Below, piece after piece: positions 51,378-64,000 of a stretch of 64,000 nt of DNA. Made by a program: the position numbers and the translations under genes. The stretch lies in the NCBI RefSeq assembly GCF_009914755.1, contig NC_060933.1. The stretch is one strand, 5' to 3'. Numbering within the stretch: the first letter of the stretch is position 1; every line of letters begins with the position of its first letter. This stretch comes from the human T2T-CHM13v2.0 reference genome, Homo sapiens. The notes under the pieces were generated by a model. The model searched no databases. It worked only from the letters and a program-made list of their open reading frames with translations, and was not told the DNA's origin.

Positions 51378-54319
51378 TACCTTATAAATACTTTATAAGT
51401 ACTCGATAAGTATTTGTTGACTTAATAAACATAGGTCATAGGCCAGAGAGACAAAATCTGTTTCATAACTCAAATAGTCCAATCCAACTTATCATGGTTA
51501 GAAAATCTAGACAAGGGATGATACCTAATACCTGTAGTAATAAACTTTATTGATTTGGGAGGAGAATATTCTTGCATTATGGGTGAGCCTTGCAGTGGCA
51601 GCAGAAAGGTGACTCAGGAGTAGGACTCTGGCCATCTCTCAATCTCTCTTTATATCAGAAAGAACACTTACATAATCGAAAGCCTGACATATCTGAGCCA
51701 TCTTCAAGAATTCAAAATGTAAAAGAAAGGAAGCAATTAAGTTGGTTACTTTCAAGTAAATCAAACAATGTCTATTTTCCTGTAAGAGTGAAGTCATAAG
51801 ACCCCATTAAAAATCACCTGTGCTTATGTCCAGCGCCACAGAAAATATCACCAGGCTCTTTCCATTGCCTTATTTCCAGCACCTTTTAACATTGGCTTTA
51901 TGCATGTGATTTTCTCACTGTTTCTTTACTGCTAATTTCTGCCTCACTGCACAGAACTTTCAAATTCTTCAGCAGCAATTTATTTTCTTTAATCCAGTTT
52001 TTTCCACTAGATGATAGTGGTTCTACGCTATATTGCCCATGGACCAATCTCATTCCTTTTCCACATATCAGTTCCCTAGTTACCCTGGAGGGTGTTCAGA
52101 ATTCATTACTATTGTTCAGAATCCATTACTTGAATTTATAGTTTTTAGGGATACTCACTTGTATCCCTACCCCGTGCCTTGGGGCCATAAGTTCAAACCA
52201 GGGTGGAATAAAAACCAAAACCAAACCAAAACAAAACCTCTTTAGATCTGAGCCTGTTTTACCCATGTGGCACTTGTCATACTGGAGTTGAGGCTTTCAT
52301 CTCTGCAGTTCTGGTATAAAATCTTGGGAGGTCATGTACATTTTCAGGAAATGCTAAGATCTCTGTTACAGAGAAAAGGGAGTTATAGGTAGGGAAAGGA
52401 TGATAGGGCCTCTTGACACTATGTTTCCTTCTGGTTTGTTTTGTTTTGTAGTGGCAGCACAATGGTGAATCATTTCTCGCCTCCCACAGGACTTCACAGG
52501 ACAACCCAACTCTTCTAGCAGTAGCATATTCTAAGTACGAATGTCCAAATCCAGAAAGACATGCTGCCATTGGTATTCACAGGCCTGGAAAAAGTAATGA
52601 AATGAGGGAAAATATTCAAAGATACGGTGCTGCAAATAGTTTTGTTGGCAAGAAAATAGGACATTGCACAGAATGTACTCAAATATTAGTTTAACAAGCG
52701 GCCAGGACATTCTGAGCATGTAAGGAACTAGAGAAGCAGTTTGAAGAAAGTATGGGAAGTTTGACGATACCACTGAGGAAAATGGTGGTTGGAAATTACT
52801 AGGTGCAGTCAAGAAAAAAGGAAAATTTTCAAGAAGTATCAAAGGATTTAGCTGAAGTGTCATGGATTTAATACCATAAATGTAAAGAAACACCTATCCA
52901 AACAATTGTGTGAATTTCTATGACAGTGACCAGAATTGTAAAGTCAAGTCGAAGAGTGGCTGAGGTGTTCATTGGTTATGTATACAGGGTATGTGACAAG
53001 AGAGTTAAGGGTGCTGACAAGACTGCTTTGAAGTGATATCTCATAGGATATGGGATGGATGAAGAGGAAAGGAAAACTGATAGTTTATAATCTCTTCCAT
53101 TTTCTGACTGTAACTTTTATTCCCAAACTTAATGTTTATTTTGGTTTTTATTTCTGATTATTTTCTGAAATGTATTATTAATGGTCCCAGAACATTTAAA
53201 GTTTATGCACTCACCAACACATATTTGGTGAGCATTAAAATAATTTTCCCAAAGTATAACTTTTTTACTTTTTATTAGTGTTGCAGATACATTGTAAACT
53301 ATGCATCTAGTCTTTATGCACAATAAGCAAACAAAGTATAACAATGACAATCTGTAAAAGAAGCAAATGGCAGAAGGAAAATTCACTTTAAAAAATTCTA
53401 AATTCTGCTATTGGAGAGAAATAATCAATAGCCATCTCTATATGATTTTGTCAAAGGAAATGTTTACATTAGGCTCTGTGACAAGAAAAATATATTTCTA
53501 CAGCCTGGTTTCATTGGTTCAATATGAGTAGGTGGGGTTTAGTTTTTTTTTTAATCTCCCAGGTATGTATCATCTTCCTATTCTTAGGACCTTCTATACA
53601 TTTTTATGGTTTTAAAACTTTAATTTTTTTTTATTGTTGTGAGAAGTATTGAATCTGTATCTACAAAGAAGTAAGCTATGTTGAGGAAGCAACTTTCTTC
53701 TGTTTATTAATACAAAAGAACTATTTTGATTCTAAAAGCAAGTCAGAATAGGCAATTAATCCATCTCTTCATTGAAGGCATTCTTTAATTTGTAATTAAA
53801 ATTGCTTTGAATAAAAAAATTATGGAACGTTAATTGTATATAGATAAATATCTGTAGATACTTCATCATGTAAAGTAATGTGACCAAAGGCAATAATGTT
53901 CCAGGGAAACAAACAGTAGCTGTAAGAATTTCTTTATTTTCCTTTGCTGGAATTAGTGTCAACTCACTGAGAACTAACAAATGGGAATACCAATGTAGGC
54001 ACCATAAAAATTAACCTGTGGAATTTTGATCACTTCAGGTTATCAAGTCAAACACTCTGTCCTGATAATTTTACGTTTGTTAATAACAGCCCACAGTTAG
54101 GCATACCATGACAAATCTGATAAATTTTCATGTTGCAGAGTAAAAATTGATTTGTTAAGGGGGAAAAAGAAATTATTTCCCATGAAAAAAATTCACTGCT
54201 AGCTTTTTATTTTTCCCAGCTTAGTAAATTACTTTATTTTAGAAAACCTGAAATAGGTCACCACAGAAATAAAGTGAGCTGATCCCAAGTGTCTCCTTAT
54301 CTTAGCCTCTGAAAACAGA

Positions 54320-54520
54320 GACTTGAGTTTAAATCATAGCTCTAACTCTTAGCTAAGATACTTTGGAGAGCTATCCAGACCTTCTAAGTCTCAGATTTTT
54401 TCCCTTTAAAACATAGATAGTGATAGTGTCTATCTCACATGGTTATTGTGAGAATGAGATGAGAAATACATGCTTAGTATTAGGCCTAGCAACAGGAACC
54501 ATTTAATAAATGTTAGCAAT
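54320..54520 (+). mobile_element. MIR
   Basis: 'gtctcagatttt..tatctcacatggttattgtgagaatgagatgag..taataaatgttagc'. Confidence 0.8.
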
Positions 54521-55019
54521 AATTAGTAGTATTTTTATAATTATTGAAGGATGTCATACATATTGTTCTTTTTGTTAGGGAATAGCTACAAATCTCAGAT
54601 AATCAGCATAATTAAAATAATATATTCAAATATAACTCGCTTGCAGGATTTTATTGATGATTTGGCTCATAGAAATTCAATTGCTTTTATTAGCATTTTC
54701 CCATTTGTAGTACATAAAATTATTATTATTTTCCATCTGGAATGGTTTGATAACATGTCTTGCAGTGTTAAATATTTTTAAATGTTGCCATCATTTTAAT
54801 GAATAAATTTAAGACATTGAACTGCATAACATAGATTAATTTAAAAACTAAACATTAGATTTGTTAAATTATAGAGATATTTTAGAATTTGTCCTATTTG
54901 AATATGATTGAACTGAGATTATCCCAATTGTTTCATTTAATCATGTTATGAAGAAGGTGTTTTTATTATAGAATGTAATACTGTTGAATATAATTTTAAA
55001 TATATGTATAATGGTAAAC

Positions 55020-55560
55020 AATCTATAAAGTTTAAAGGTTTAATATTAATGCCATACAGGATTTTTCATGATTCACTTTCCTGCCTATGTTTCCAGTTTT
55101 ATAGCACGTCACTCTATAGGTGTACTTATGCTCCAGTGCTTACAGGCTACATCCTGGCCCCAGCCTTCAGTTTTTTCAAATGTTAATTCTGACTAAGAAA
55201 TTGACTACCTGCTGCTTTCCCACTTTCCATGTTTGACACTTGTTATGTCATCCTTCAGAAGTCAATTAATCCTTTATTTTCAAAGTGAATTCTTCCATGA
55301 ACAGCATCTGTTCTCCATCATGTCTTTCTAGGCCAACTAGAGATATCATCTGCGTGTTAATAATATATGAAGCAAATCTCTACTAAAGGTTTGTGTTTGT
55401 TTCTCTTTGTAAGTCTGCCTGTTCCAGTATTCTACGATCTTGAGGGGAGGGAATATGTTTTACTCATTCCAATACACATCTCAGTACTTGGCACAAACTA
55501 AAAACATAATGAGTAGTTGTTCCATAAGCAAATAGATGAATAAAGAGATAAATAACGAAT
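55020..55560 (+). mobile_element. L2 3' region
   Basis: 'cttgaggggagggaatatgttt..cagtacttggcaca' followed by a degenerate (gaat)n tail. Confidence 0.6.
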
Positions 55561-56256
55561 GCTATTTTTGGTTCTTGGATTACTTCAAGTTGCATTTGGC
55601 AGGTCTCTACAGCAATACTGAATTCTTCAAATAAAGTAGATATCATCAGTTTCGAAAATGAAATTTCTGCTACGACTATAATTCTCAGTTAAATTTGAGG
55701 TTTGAATATAACAGTCTAGAGCTTAATAGATTTTATTTAGCTAAAATGGTTTTATTTTTAAACAAAAACCAAAAGTAGGTTAAAATAGATGTTTTGATTA
55801 TACAATCAACCTTATAATATTTATAGAACCCTAAAAAAGGGACACAATTTTAGCCACAGTCTGTATTCCCAACAAATAAAAAAAATTCTTTCAATTTTTC
55901 TTCCAGGTTGTATTCATCTTGAGACTTAAATTTACATATTTGTAACCATTCTGTAGAAGCAAGTTTATATCCTGCTTTTTCAGCTTTTTGTTGCATATTT
56001 TATACAAATTGTTCATGTGTCTTTATATTCATATTACCTTTTTGAAAATGTTGGTATAATATTATTTTGCATGAGTATATCTATTTAGATATTTAGCTTG
56101 GATTCTTTCTTTTACAGTATAAAGATACAGTGGGTATTTTTGTCATTTATTTTTTTCACTTTCTTGTACCTTATCACTTAACATTATTTTTACATACATT
56201 TTATATGTATTTACTAAATAACCCAATGTATCTCATTCTAAAAAATGTAATTCGTG

Positions 56257-56529
56257 TATCAGAAGGTTGTAAATGCTTTTCTCCTAACTTTCCTCTTCCC
56301 TACAAGCTATTTTGTTAACTTTAAATAAAAGCAATCCAGTCTATCTGAAGATAAAACATACTTTTTATGTTATGTTTCACAATTCAATTAATCTTTTATT
56401 TTCAAAGCGAACTCTTCCATGAACAGTATCTGTTCTCCATCACTTCTATCAGAAGTTTGAACATACACTTCTCCTAACCATCCTCTTCCCTTAAAAGCTA
56501 CTTTTGTTAACTTTAAATAAAAGTGATCT
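56257..56529 (+). repeat. Direct duplication of ~80 bp (56257-56337 / 56447-56529) bracketing a copy of 55241-55320
   Basis: Both copies read 'tatcagaag..ctcctaac..tcctcttccct..aagcta.ttttgttaactttaaataaaag'. 56368-56442 matches 55241-55320. Confidence 0.9.
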
Positions 56530-56739
56530 AAATTATTCTATTTAATAAACAATAGTAAAATCAGAAATATATCCAAATTATGCTATTAGCCATGCATTCA
56601 AATTTTTTTTAAAAGTAGGTAATTTACTTTTTATCTAGTATGCCAACATTTTTATTATTTTAACAATAACAAAATTTATGGCAATAATTTTGGCAAAGCA
56701 GTCAAAAGAGCTTAATAGGAAGAAAAAAAGTCCTCATAA

Positions 56740-57030
56740 TGAATAAAAGAGTAAGAAATCTCAGCAAACTGATGGAATATATAAATATATAAAAATAAAA
56801 CATACACATTTCAAAACTGAAAAATTCAATATGTGTGATAAAAAAAATTGTTGGGCAGTCTTAACAGCAGAATGGCAATAATGGCAATAAGTCAGCAAAC
56901 TTAAAAAATAAACCAGCAGACATTCTCCAATCTGAGAGAAAGGAAAAATACACTATAGACATTGAATAAAGCCTCAGTAACCTCTGAGACAATTTCTGGG
57001 GTGCTAATTTGTGCTTATTAGAGTTATTAG
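56740..57030 (+). mobile_element. Old L1M ORF1-region fragment
   Basis: 'aaatctcagcaa..cttaacagcagaatgg..agcctcagtaacctctgagacaat'. Confidence 0.65.
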
Positions 57031-57134
57031 TCTATTAAAATGTAAACACTGGGTTTTTAACGGTGTGATATGGCTCATAACTGTGATAGTATAATTATAG
57101 TATTTGTTATACATTTAATTTTTTACAATTTTGC

Positions 57135-57592
57135 ATTGTACTTGAGATGACTGGTTGCTGTCATCCATTTTCTTTTTCCTTCATGATCTACTCAGTCCTC
57201 TGCCTTGGAAGAATAGGTTTGTAGTGACTACATCAACTTTTGCTTTAGCTTCTAGTTGGGTCTGGCTAGCAAGGAGAGTGGGAGGTTGAAGGGAAAAAGG
57301 AATGTGAAGTCTGGGTATTTTTTTCCTGATCTTGTCTCTGTTAGTCTTAGGCTGTTGGTCTTGCCTCCCTCTGCAGTCCTTTCTCTGAGACTATTCTAAG
57401 AGCCTCCTTTCCGTATCTCTTAGACCTAGGAGTGGTAACAACCACACTGTCCCTAATTGCATTAGAGGCTTCAGTATACCTTGAGCTTACCCTTCATCTT
57501 CCTTACAGCTTTTTAATTAATCCCTTTATTAAATCCTCCTGAATTATCATGATTTAAGTATGTACCAATTGTTTTCTGATTACACTGATACA
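57135..57592 (+). mobile_element. LTR33-like ERVL solo LTR
   Basis: 'gcttctagttgggtctggc', 'agacctaggagtggtaaca', 'ccctttattaaa'; ends 'ctgataca'. Confidence 0.75.
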
Positions 57593-57849
57593 ATGACAAA
57601 TTGAACAAGTTCTCTGCTCTGTTTTTGAATCTTATCCATATTGAACTTAATGTGGTTTGCATACATTATCAACCACATACTTGGTTACATTGTCACACTT
57701 CATCTATCTATCTATTAATAGTATTTTGTGAACATTTGTTTTAAGCTAACTTGAGCCTTGCCTTTTTTTCCTTAAATACATTTCTATGTTTAGATATAGA
57801 GTTTTAGAATAATAAGATTCTTTTTCTCAGAAATTTTCCTTCCAAATCC

Positions 57850-57950
57850 TACCGGTGTTTAGAACACATTAGGAACACTGTAAATATTTGTTGAGTGTAT
57901 GCAGAAATAAATGTGAATGAGTGAGCATGTAAATAAATAAATAGCATAAA
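57850..57950 (+). mobile_element. L2 3' tail
   Basis: 'acattaggaacactgtaaatatttgttgagtg..gaatgagtga'. Confidence 0.6.
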
Positions 57951-58809
57951 TAAAATCTTCAATTAGTTTTAAGTAGTTATTTGTTGCCTTATATGTTTAC
58001 AATATGTATTTATCTCCAGCTCTCTCATTTGCTATTGACAATAAATAAGAAGGAAAAAACTTTAAATGAAACAATCCAAAAACACTATTGCCTTGTCTGT
58101 GGAAGTATGCTAAGGTAATTAATCCTTTGTGTAGAAGCTTGGGTGCCATTAAACTGAGAGTCAATTAGACTGAAGATCACTGAGATACAAATTACTCACT
58201 AGAGACCTGAATTGGGAACATTTGAGTGAAAAGTAGTTGAATCTCATTGTTCTATTCTAACTGCTTTATTAGGCAAACTTTTTGGGAAGAAATTACTAGA
58301 ACAAAGCCTTTGGTAAACCTCCTCATAGAAGAAAGGGGTAAGAGGTGATATGACTTATCCTCTCTTTGACCCTCTTATGTAATTATCATATTAGAGATTT
58401 TATAAATTTTAAATCACATTTTTGAATTAGACGCTAATCATTGTACATTATTATTTTAAGTTTCTTTGGAGTCTAATTGGCTAGTATAAATTTAGACTTT
58501 TTCAGGTAATCTATGTTAAATTTATAGCCTAAGTTTTTTTTTTTTTCCATTTTGGTCTTTCTTAAATTTTGTTATCAGCATTATAATATCTTTGTAAAAT
58601 GTGTTTGGCCCTGGTTACTGTAAACAGCGTAGGTATGGTATATTCCTTAATGCTTTTGAAGACATATGTAGTTGCATCTTCTCCTGGCACATTTTCTGTG
58701 GTAATTGTGGAAAGCATTTCATTTCATAGTGAAATGGGAAAGTGAATTATATTTCCTGGATCCTGTGTTTTCTTGGGTTAATGTTGATCATAGTTGGTGA
58801 AGTAATAAT

Positions 58810-59057
58810 TTAGGAATCATCTTTGAATTAACCCTTTCCTTGATCCTCCACGTCTAATGCATCACCAAGTCACGCTGATTTTACCACCAAAACATTTCCC
58901 AAAATGCATTAAATTCTCTCCACCTCCAACTGCCCTACAGAAGCTAAGGTCATATCTTGCATTGACTTCTGAAATAATTTCCTAACTGATTTCCATTCTT
59001 GTCTTTCTGCAATCCATTCCCTGACATAAATAAGATGATGCCATTCTCCTCTTTAAA
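58810..59057 (+). mobile_element. L2 fragment
   Basis: 'taggaatcatctttga..catcaccaagtc..tcctaactg..caatccattc'. Confidence 0.7.
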
Positions 59058-59119
59058 GTACTATGTCTATATCATCGTTCTCCAATATTTGCTGCTTGTC
59101 CTTGGTGAAAGTGTATTTT

Positions 59120-59270
59120 ATGCAACAAATTAAGGCTACGTATGTGACTTGCTCTGGTCAATAAAATATAGGTTAATAAAATTAAGTGTGAGGAATGTGT
59201 GCCTTTCTGTACAAAAGCTTTAAGAATCACCTCTGGGACACTTCTCAGTGATCCCTTACCCCTACATAAT
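59120..59270 (+). mobile_element. MLT1-like LTR fragment
   Basis: 'atgtgacttgctctggtcaataaaat..aaagctttaaga'. Confidence 0.5.
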
Positions 59271-60799
59271 ATCACATATGGTCCTTCGTTTGGTAGAAGC
59301 TGGCTGCATGTAGAACATGAACCATAGGAAAGAGTAGAAAAGGTAGATTTAGATTCTATCCTGTAATATGCAGAAGGGAACGTGGCAAGAGGGTTGGAAA
59401 TGAGATGGATAAGCCATCCTTGAGTGTCTTCCACAGTCACTCAAGAAAAGAGGCAAGATACAGCAGAATGATTTGTGGAGCTGTACAAGATTAGGCTGAG
59501 GTGAAGTAAAATGAGGAAAATAATGTTTTTTCACACCTTAAATTCTACCTAAGTATTTCTAGAATAATTTGTTCATCTTATTTTCTCAAACTCATCAGTT
59601 ATCTCCCAGTATAAGAAAAAAGACAAACTTCACTTAAAGCACCTTTTTCATTCTCATTATTTCTAAATGACATGATTGATATATTTCTTCTTGGTTTTAC
59701 TTATGTCTTCTTTAAGACTCAGATAAACACTTGAGATTGAAAATTCATTAAAAATTACTTGCCAGAGGAGAGTAATTGCCAATGCTAGGCAGAATAGGAC
59801 AAATAAGACACTCTAGATAATTTGTGTGGTCCGAACTGTTTGTGATTGTGCTTTAAGCTGGAAGGAAATTCATAAAGAAGAAACTATGCTACTCTAAGTA
59901 ACTGAGTGGAAATCGTATTTGATTTTGTTTTATTTTCAGTGCTGCAATAAAATAGTAAAATTGTATTTGATAATACTTTACTTTTTCCACTGAAAGATTA
60001 CCATACAAAACTGTATTATAGTGGCATTTTATTTTTCTTTTAGTTTTTATTTTAAATTATTATTTAAGTGTAATAGTTGTACATATTTACGGAGTACATA
60101 TAAATAATAAATGCTTGATGTGATGGAGTTACCCTTATTTGTTCAGTACACACTGTATGCCTGTATAGTATAGTGACTTTTAAATACAAGAAACCTATGC
60201 TGATATTCTTTTTTAGAACCAGAAAAAAAAGAAATATGGTCAGGTCTATATGACAAATAAGATCACAGGGGGAAAAACAAACCACATAAATTAAGATGTT
60301 ACTAACATTTCCCAGTTTAAAAGCATCCTGCCCCTAGAGAAAATTTTACATATATTATAAGTAGAAGATATGGTAAAACTGCAAAATCTCATCTGCAATT
60401 GCCTCTATGATATGTACAATAGATTTTGTACATGGTTTTGTGACACTCAGCTGAGTTGTGGAATGAATGCTAAAGATGGCTATAGCTTTGGATATCCCAA
60501 GAAATAACATTTTAAGTGATAAAGATGTATACCAGTTGGAAGTTTTATGTTAGTGAAAGTGACAGTGATTTCAGAGATTATTTAAGCCATCTAACGTCGA
60601 CCTGAGTCTTATATGTAAAACCTAGGCTCTACTTTTCCTTCAATTTATGTTATTTAAATCATGCATGGGTGATGCATTTTTAATTTTTCTTATCAATATA
60701 AAGTAATAGTTTTACATTTCTTCTTTTGTGGTTTCTATTTGGAGCAGTGGTATCCAAATATTAATTGTTTCTGACTCTTAGGGTTAGAAAATTTGAAAG

Positions 60800-61290
60800 T
60801 AAAAGATGAAAGGTGGCATCCAGAGTTGCTCTTCCAAAGCTGGATAATTGGATGAGGTTTCCTGCAGTTGCTGGCCCATCACTTTGATACACATATATAC
60901 ACATTTACACATGCATACTTGGCTTGAGGTCAGAGGATAGAGTTTGTGCCTAAAAGAGGAGACAAAAAGCTCAGAGGGAAATTCTGGAAAGGATGAAGTC
61001 ACAGAAATGACAGGCCCCCAAATCTACATTTGAAATGTGCTCAACTATGTGGTTATCTGTCAATGTATAAATGCTTGGGAGAACACAGGAGATTTAGGTA
61101 AATGTAGCAACTAGAAACTGAAAAAAAAAAATGGAGTATGTTTCAGCTGCTGCCTAACAAAAAGGAGGTATAGATTGGAGTTTGGGTTCAGCCAAGTTAA
61201 TTGTCTGATAGAACAAAATTCACTTTTCATGGGAACATAATAGAATGCAGAGTCTTCACAAATATCATTTGTAATATTCACTATCTTTAA
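60800..61290 (+). mobile_element. L1ME-type 5'-region fragment
   Basis: 'gttcagccaagttaattg..gaacataatagaatgcagagtc' resembles L1M 5' consensus. Confidence 0.55.
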
Positions 61291-62116
61291 ACATTTTGTA
61301 CTTTCTACATTTTCTGGGATGAAAACAAAAATAACATATTTGTTGTGAAATCATTATTTGTGAAATTAATATATTTATACTATTTGTGTAAAATACTATG
61401 TATGTGAATTACACTGTTTAATTTTATAGTGTTCATCATGTTTTTTATTCTGTTCTGTGTCTGAAACACTTTCTAAAGGTTGATAGTCACAGACATATTA
61501 ATTTAAATAATACTGGTTTTAAAATGTCAGTATTGTTCAATTGCGTTAATCATTAATTTAAGATAAACATATTATTGGAATTACGGTGCTTGGTAAAATC
61601 CTGAAATCTACTTTCAAAGCATCAAAACAATTCAATTTTGTGAAATATATCTTTTTGGCTCTCATAACTTTGTTTCAGTATGAAGGAATTGACCTCTAGC
61701 AAACAAATGCAATCCATTTATAATTCAGCAAATTAAAGCTTAATTACTAGCTTTAACAAAAGAACTATACAAAGCTCAATCATTAGCTTTACTGAGAGAT
61801 CTATATTGTCATAGCTATATAAAATTAATAAAAAGTATTTTGCCTGAAAAGTGGCTGTGGCAATTCTAAGATCTGTTCTAGGAAAAGGACTGTACGACTG
61901 ACCAGAATGTGTACATTTTACTATATGTGAATGGTGCCCTATGGAGTCGTGCACATATTCAGTGGTTTTGGTTCTATGCTAAAGTCAATGAATCTTTAAC
62001 ACAAAACAGAATCAAATTTAGTGACTATTATTGGCTAAATTGTGCCCCCCCACCATTTCATTTGTTGAAGTCCTAACCCCTACTACCTCAGAAGGTGACT
62101 TTATTTGAAGATAATC

Positions 62117-62425
62117 TTTATTTTATTTTATTTTTTTTTTTTTGAGACAGAGTCTCGGTGCATTGCCCAGGCTGGAGTGCAGTGCATGATCTCTGCTCAC
62201 CACAACCTCTGCCTCCTGGGTTAAAGCGATTCTCATGCCTCAGCCCCTGAGTAACTGGGATTACAGGTGAGCACTACCATGCCCAGCTAATTTTTGTATT
62301 TTTAGTACAGATGGGGTTTCACCATGTTGGCCAGGCTGGTCTTGAACTCCTCTGGCCTCAAGTGATCTGCCCATCTTGGTCTCCCAAAGTGCTGGGACTG
62401 TAGGCATGAGCCACCTCACCTGGCC
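62117..62425 (-). mobile_element. AluS (AluSz-like)
   Basis: Antisense dimer with 'ctcaagtgatc'; TSD gaagataatcttt/gaagatagagtcttt. Confidence 0.95.
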
Positions 62426-62680
62426 AGAAGATAGAGTCTTTAAGGAGGTGATTAAGTTTAAATATAGTCATTGGGTTTGGTCCTAGTCCAATATGGCTGG
62501 TGTCCTTAAAAGAAGGGATTAAGACACAGACATTCACAGAAAACACATGAATAAGAGGAAAGATGGCAGCCACCTACACACCAAGGAAAGAAGCCTCATA
62601 AGAAATCAACTCTGCTGGCACCTTGGTGTTGGACTTCTAGCCTCCAGAATTGTGAGATAATGAACTTCCCATATTCAGTT

Positions 62681-63364
62681 TGTAACCTCCCAATGGGTTA
62701 CCCATTGCCTAGACAGAGCCGATTTAACAAGAAGGGGAAATTGCAGTAGAGAAAGAATAATTCACACAGAGCGGACTGTGCAGGAGACTGAAGTTTTATT
62801 ATTACTCAAATCAGTCTCTCCAAGTATTTGGGGATCAGACCTTTTAAGGACAACTTCATGGGTGGGAGGAAGCCAGTGAGCCAGGTGTTCTCATTGGTTA
62901 GGTAGCAGATGAAGTCATAAGGAATTGAAGCTGTCCTCTTACACTGAGTCAGTTCCTGGGTGGGGGCTACAAGATCAGATGAGCCAGTTAATACATGTGG
63001 GTGGTGCTAGCTGATCCATCAAGTGCAGGGTCTGCAAAATATCTCAGGTACTGATTTTAGAAGCAGTTTAGGGAGGGTGAGAATCTTGTAGCCTCCAGCT
63101 GCATGACTCCTAAATCTTAATTTCTAATCTTGTGGCTGATATTAGTCCTACAAAGGCAGTCTAGTCTCTGGGCAAGAAGGAGGGTTGTTTTGGGAAAGGG
63201 TTGTTATCGTCTTTGTTTTAAACTATAAACTAAGTTCCTCCCAAAGTTAGTTCAGCCTATGCCCAGGAATGAACAAGGACAGCTTAGAGGTTAGAAGCAA
63301 GATGGAGTTGGTTAGATTAGATCTCTTTCACTGTTTCAGTCATAATTTTGCAAAGGCTGTTTTA
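62681..63364 (-). mobile_element. LTR8 (ERV1) solo LTR
   Basis: The minus strand starts '..cctttgcaaaattatgactga.acagtgaaagagatctaa..ctccatcttgcttctaacc' and ends 'ggttaca'; about 685 bp. Confidence 0.9.
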
Positions 63365-63455
63365 AGGCTACCCAGTTTGTGGTATTTTGTTACAGCAGCT
63401 CTCACAAACTAATGCAGTGAGTGACTGTTTAAGTAAAGATGCTATTGTGTTTCTA

Positions 63456-63854
<399 letters not shown>

Positions 63855-64000
63855 CTAGACATCTATCAAAAGCATAAAAATGAAATTTTAATATACAACA
63901 TGAAAAATAACAATATATAAATGTTTACTTAGGGATAAAGTTAAGAGTTAGCATAACCTATATAACATATATTTTTTCTTTTTTTTTATTATTATACTAT

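Larger units (their letters stand above)
62025..63416 (+). mobile_element. MLT1B MaLR LTR split into three pieces by an Alu and LTR8
   Basis: Pieces at 62025-62116, 62426-62680 and 63365-63416: 'gttgaagtcctaacccc', 'ggacttctagcctccagaattgtgaga', 'acccagtttgtggtattttgttacagcagc..ctaatgca'. Confidence 0.9.

Noticed and set aside
52530-52970. Purine-rich stretch faintly resembling an RTE-clade LINE C-terminus; 120-aa ORF on the minus strand
   Set aside because: The resemblance needs several assumed frameshifts and the ORF has no recognisable domain. Not supportable without a profile search.
60390-60600. Acidic 'SESDSDF' frame resembling a pogo/Tigger transposase tail
   Set aside because: Too short and degenerate; no TIRs found.

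Overview
AT-rich primate genomic DNA, most likely human or another great ape, since it carries AluY copies and an L1PA4/5-type LINE. It is intergenic or deep-intronic. I find no supportable host protein-coding exon, RNA gene or CRISPR array. Every ORF in the track with a recognisable protein match is decayed L1 ORF1/ORF2/ORF0 or an Alu or THE1 reading frame. Roughly half the window, by eye, is a layered record of transposable elements: L3/CR1, L2, MIR, L1M/L1MA/L1MC, L1PA, AluJ/S/Y, THE1, MLT1, LTR8, LTR33, ERV1 solo LTRs, Tigger3a, MER47A and MER94. Family names come from recalled consensus sequences, not a database search. I see no evidence of a new biological system. The best second-look items are structural. 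(1) An L1PA with both ends intact but an internal inversion flanked by two deletions, an ORF0-truncating 5'UTR deletion and a probable short 3' transduction. (2) A templated insertion plus duplication at 55.2-56.5 kb. (3) Two adjacent twin-primed L1s, one carrying a captured foreign fragment. (4) An orphan L1PA ORF2 fragment with no 3' end.
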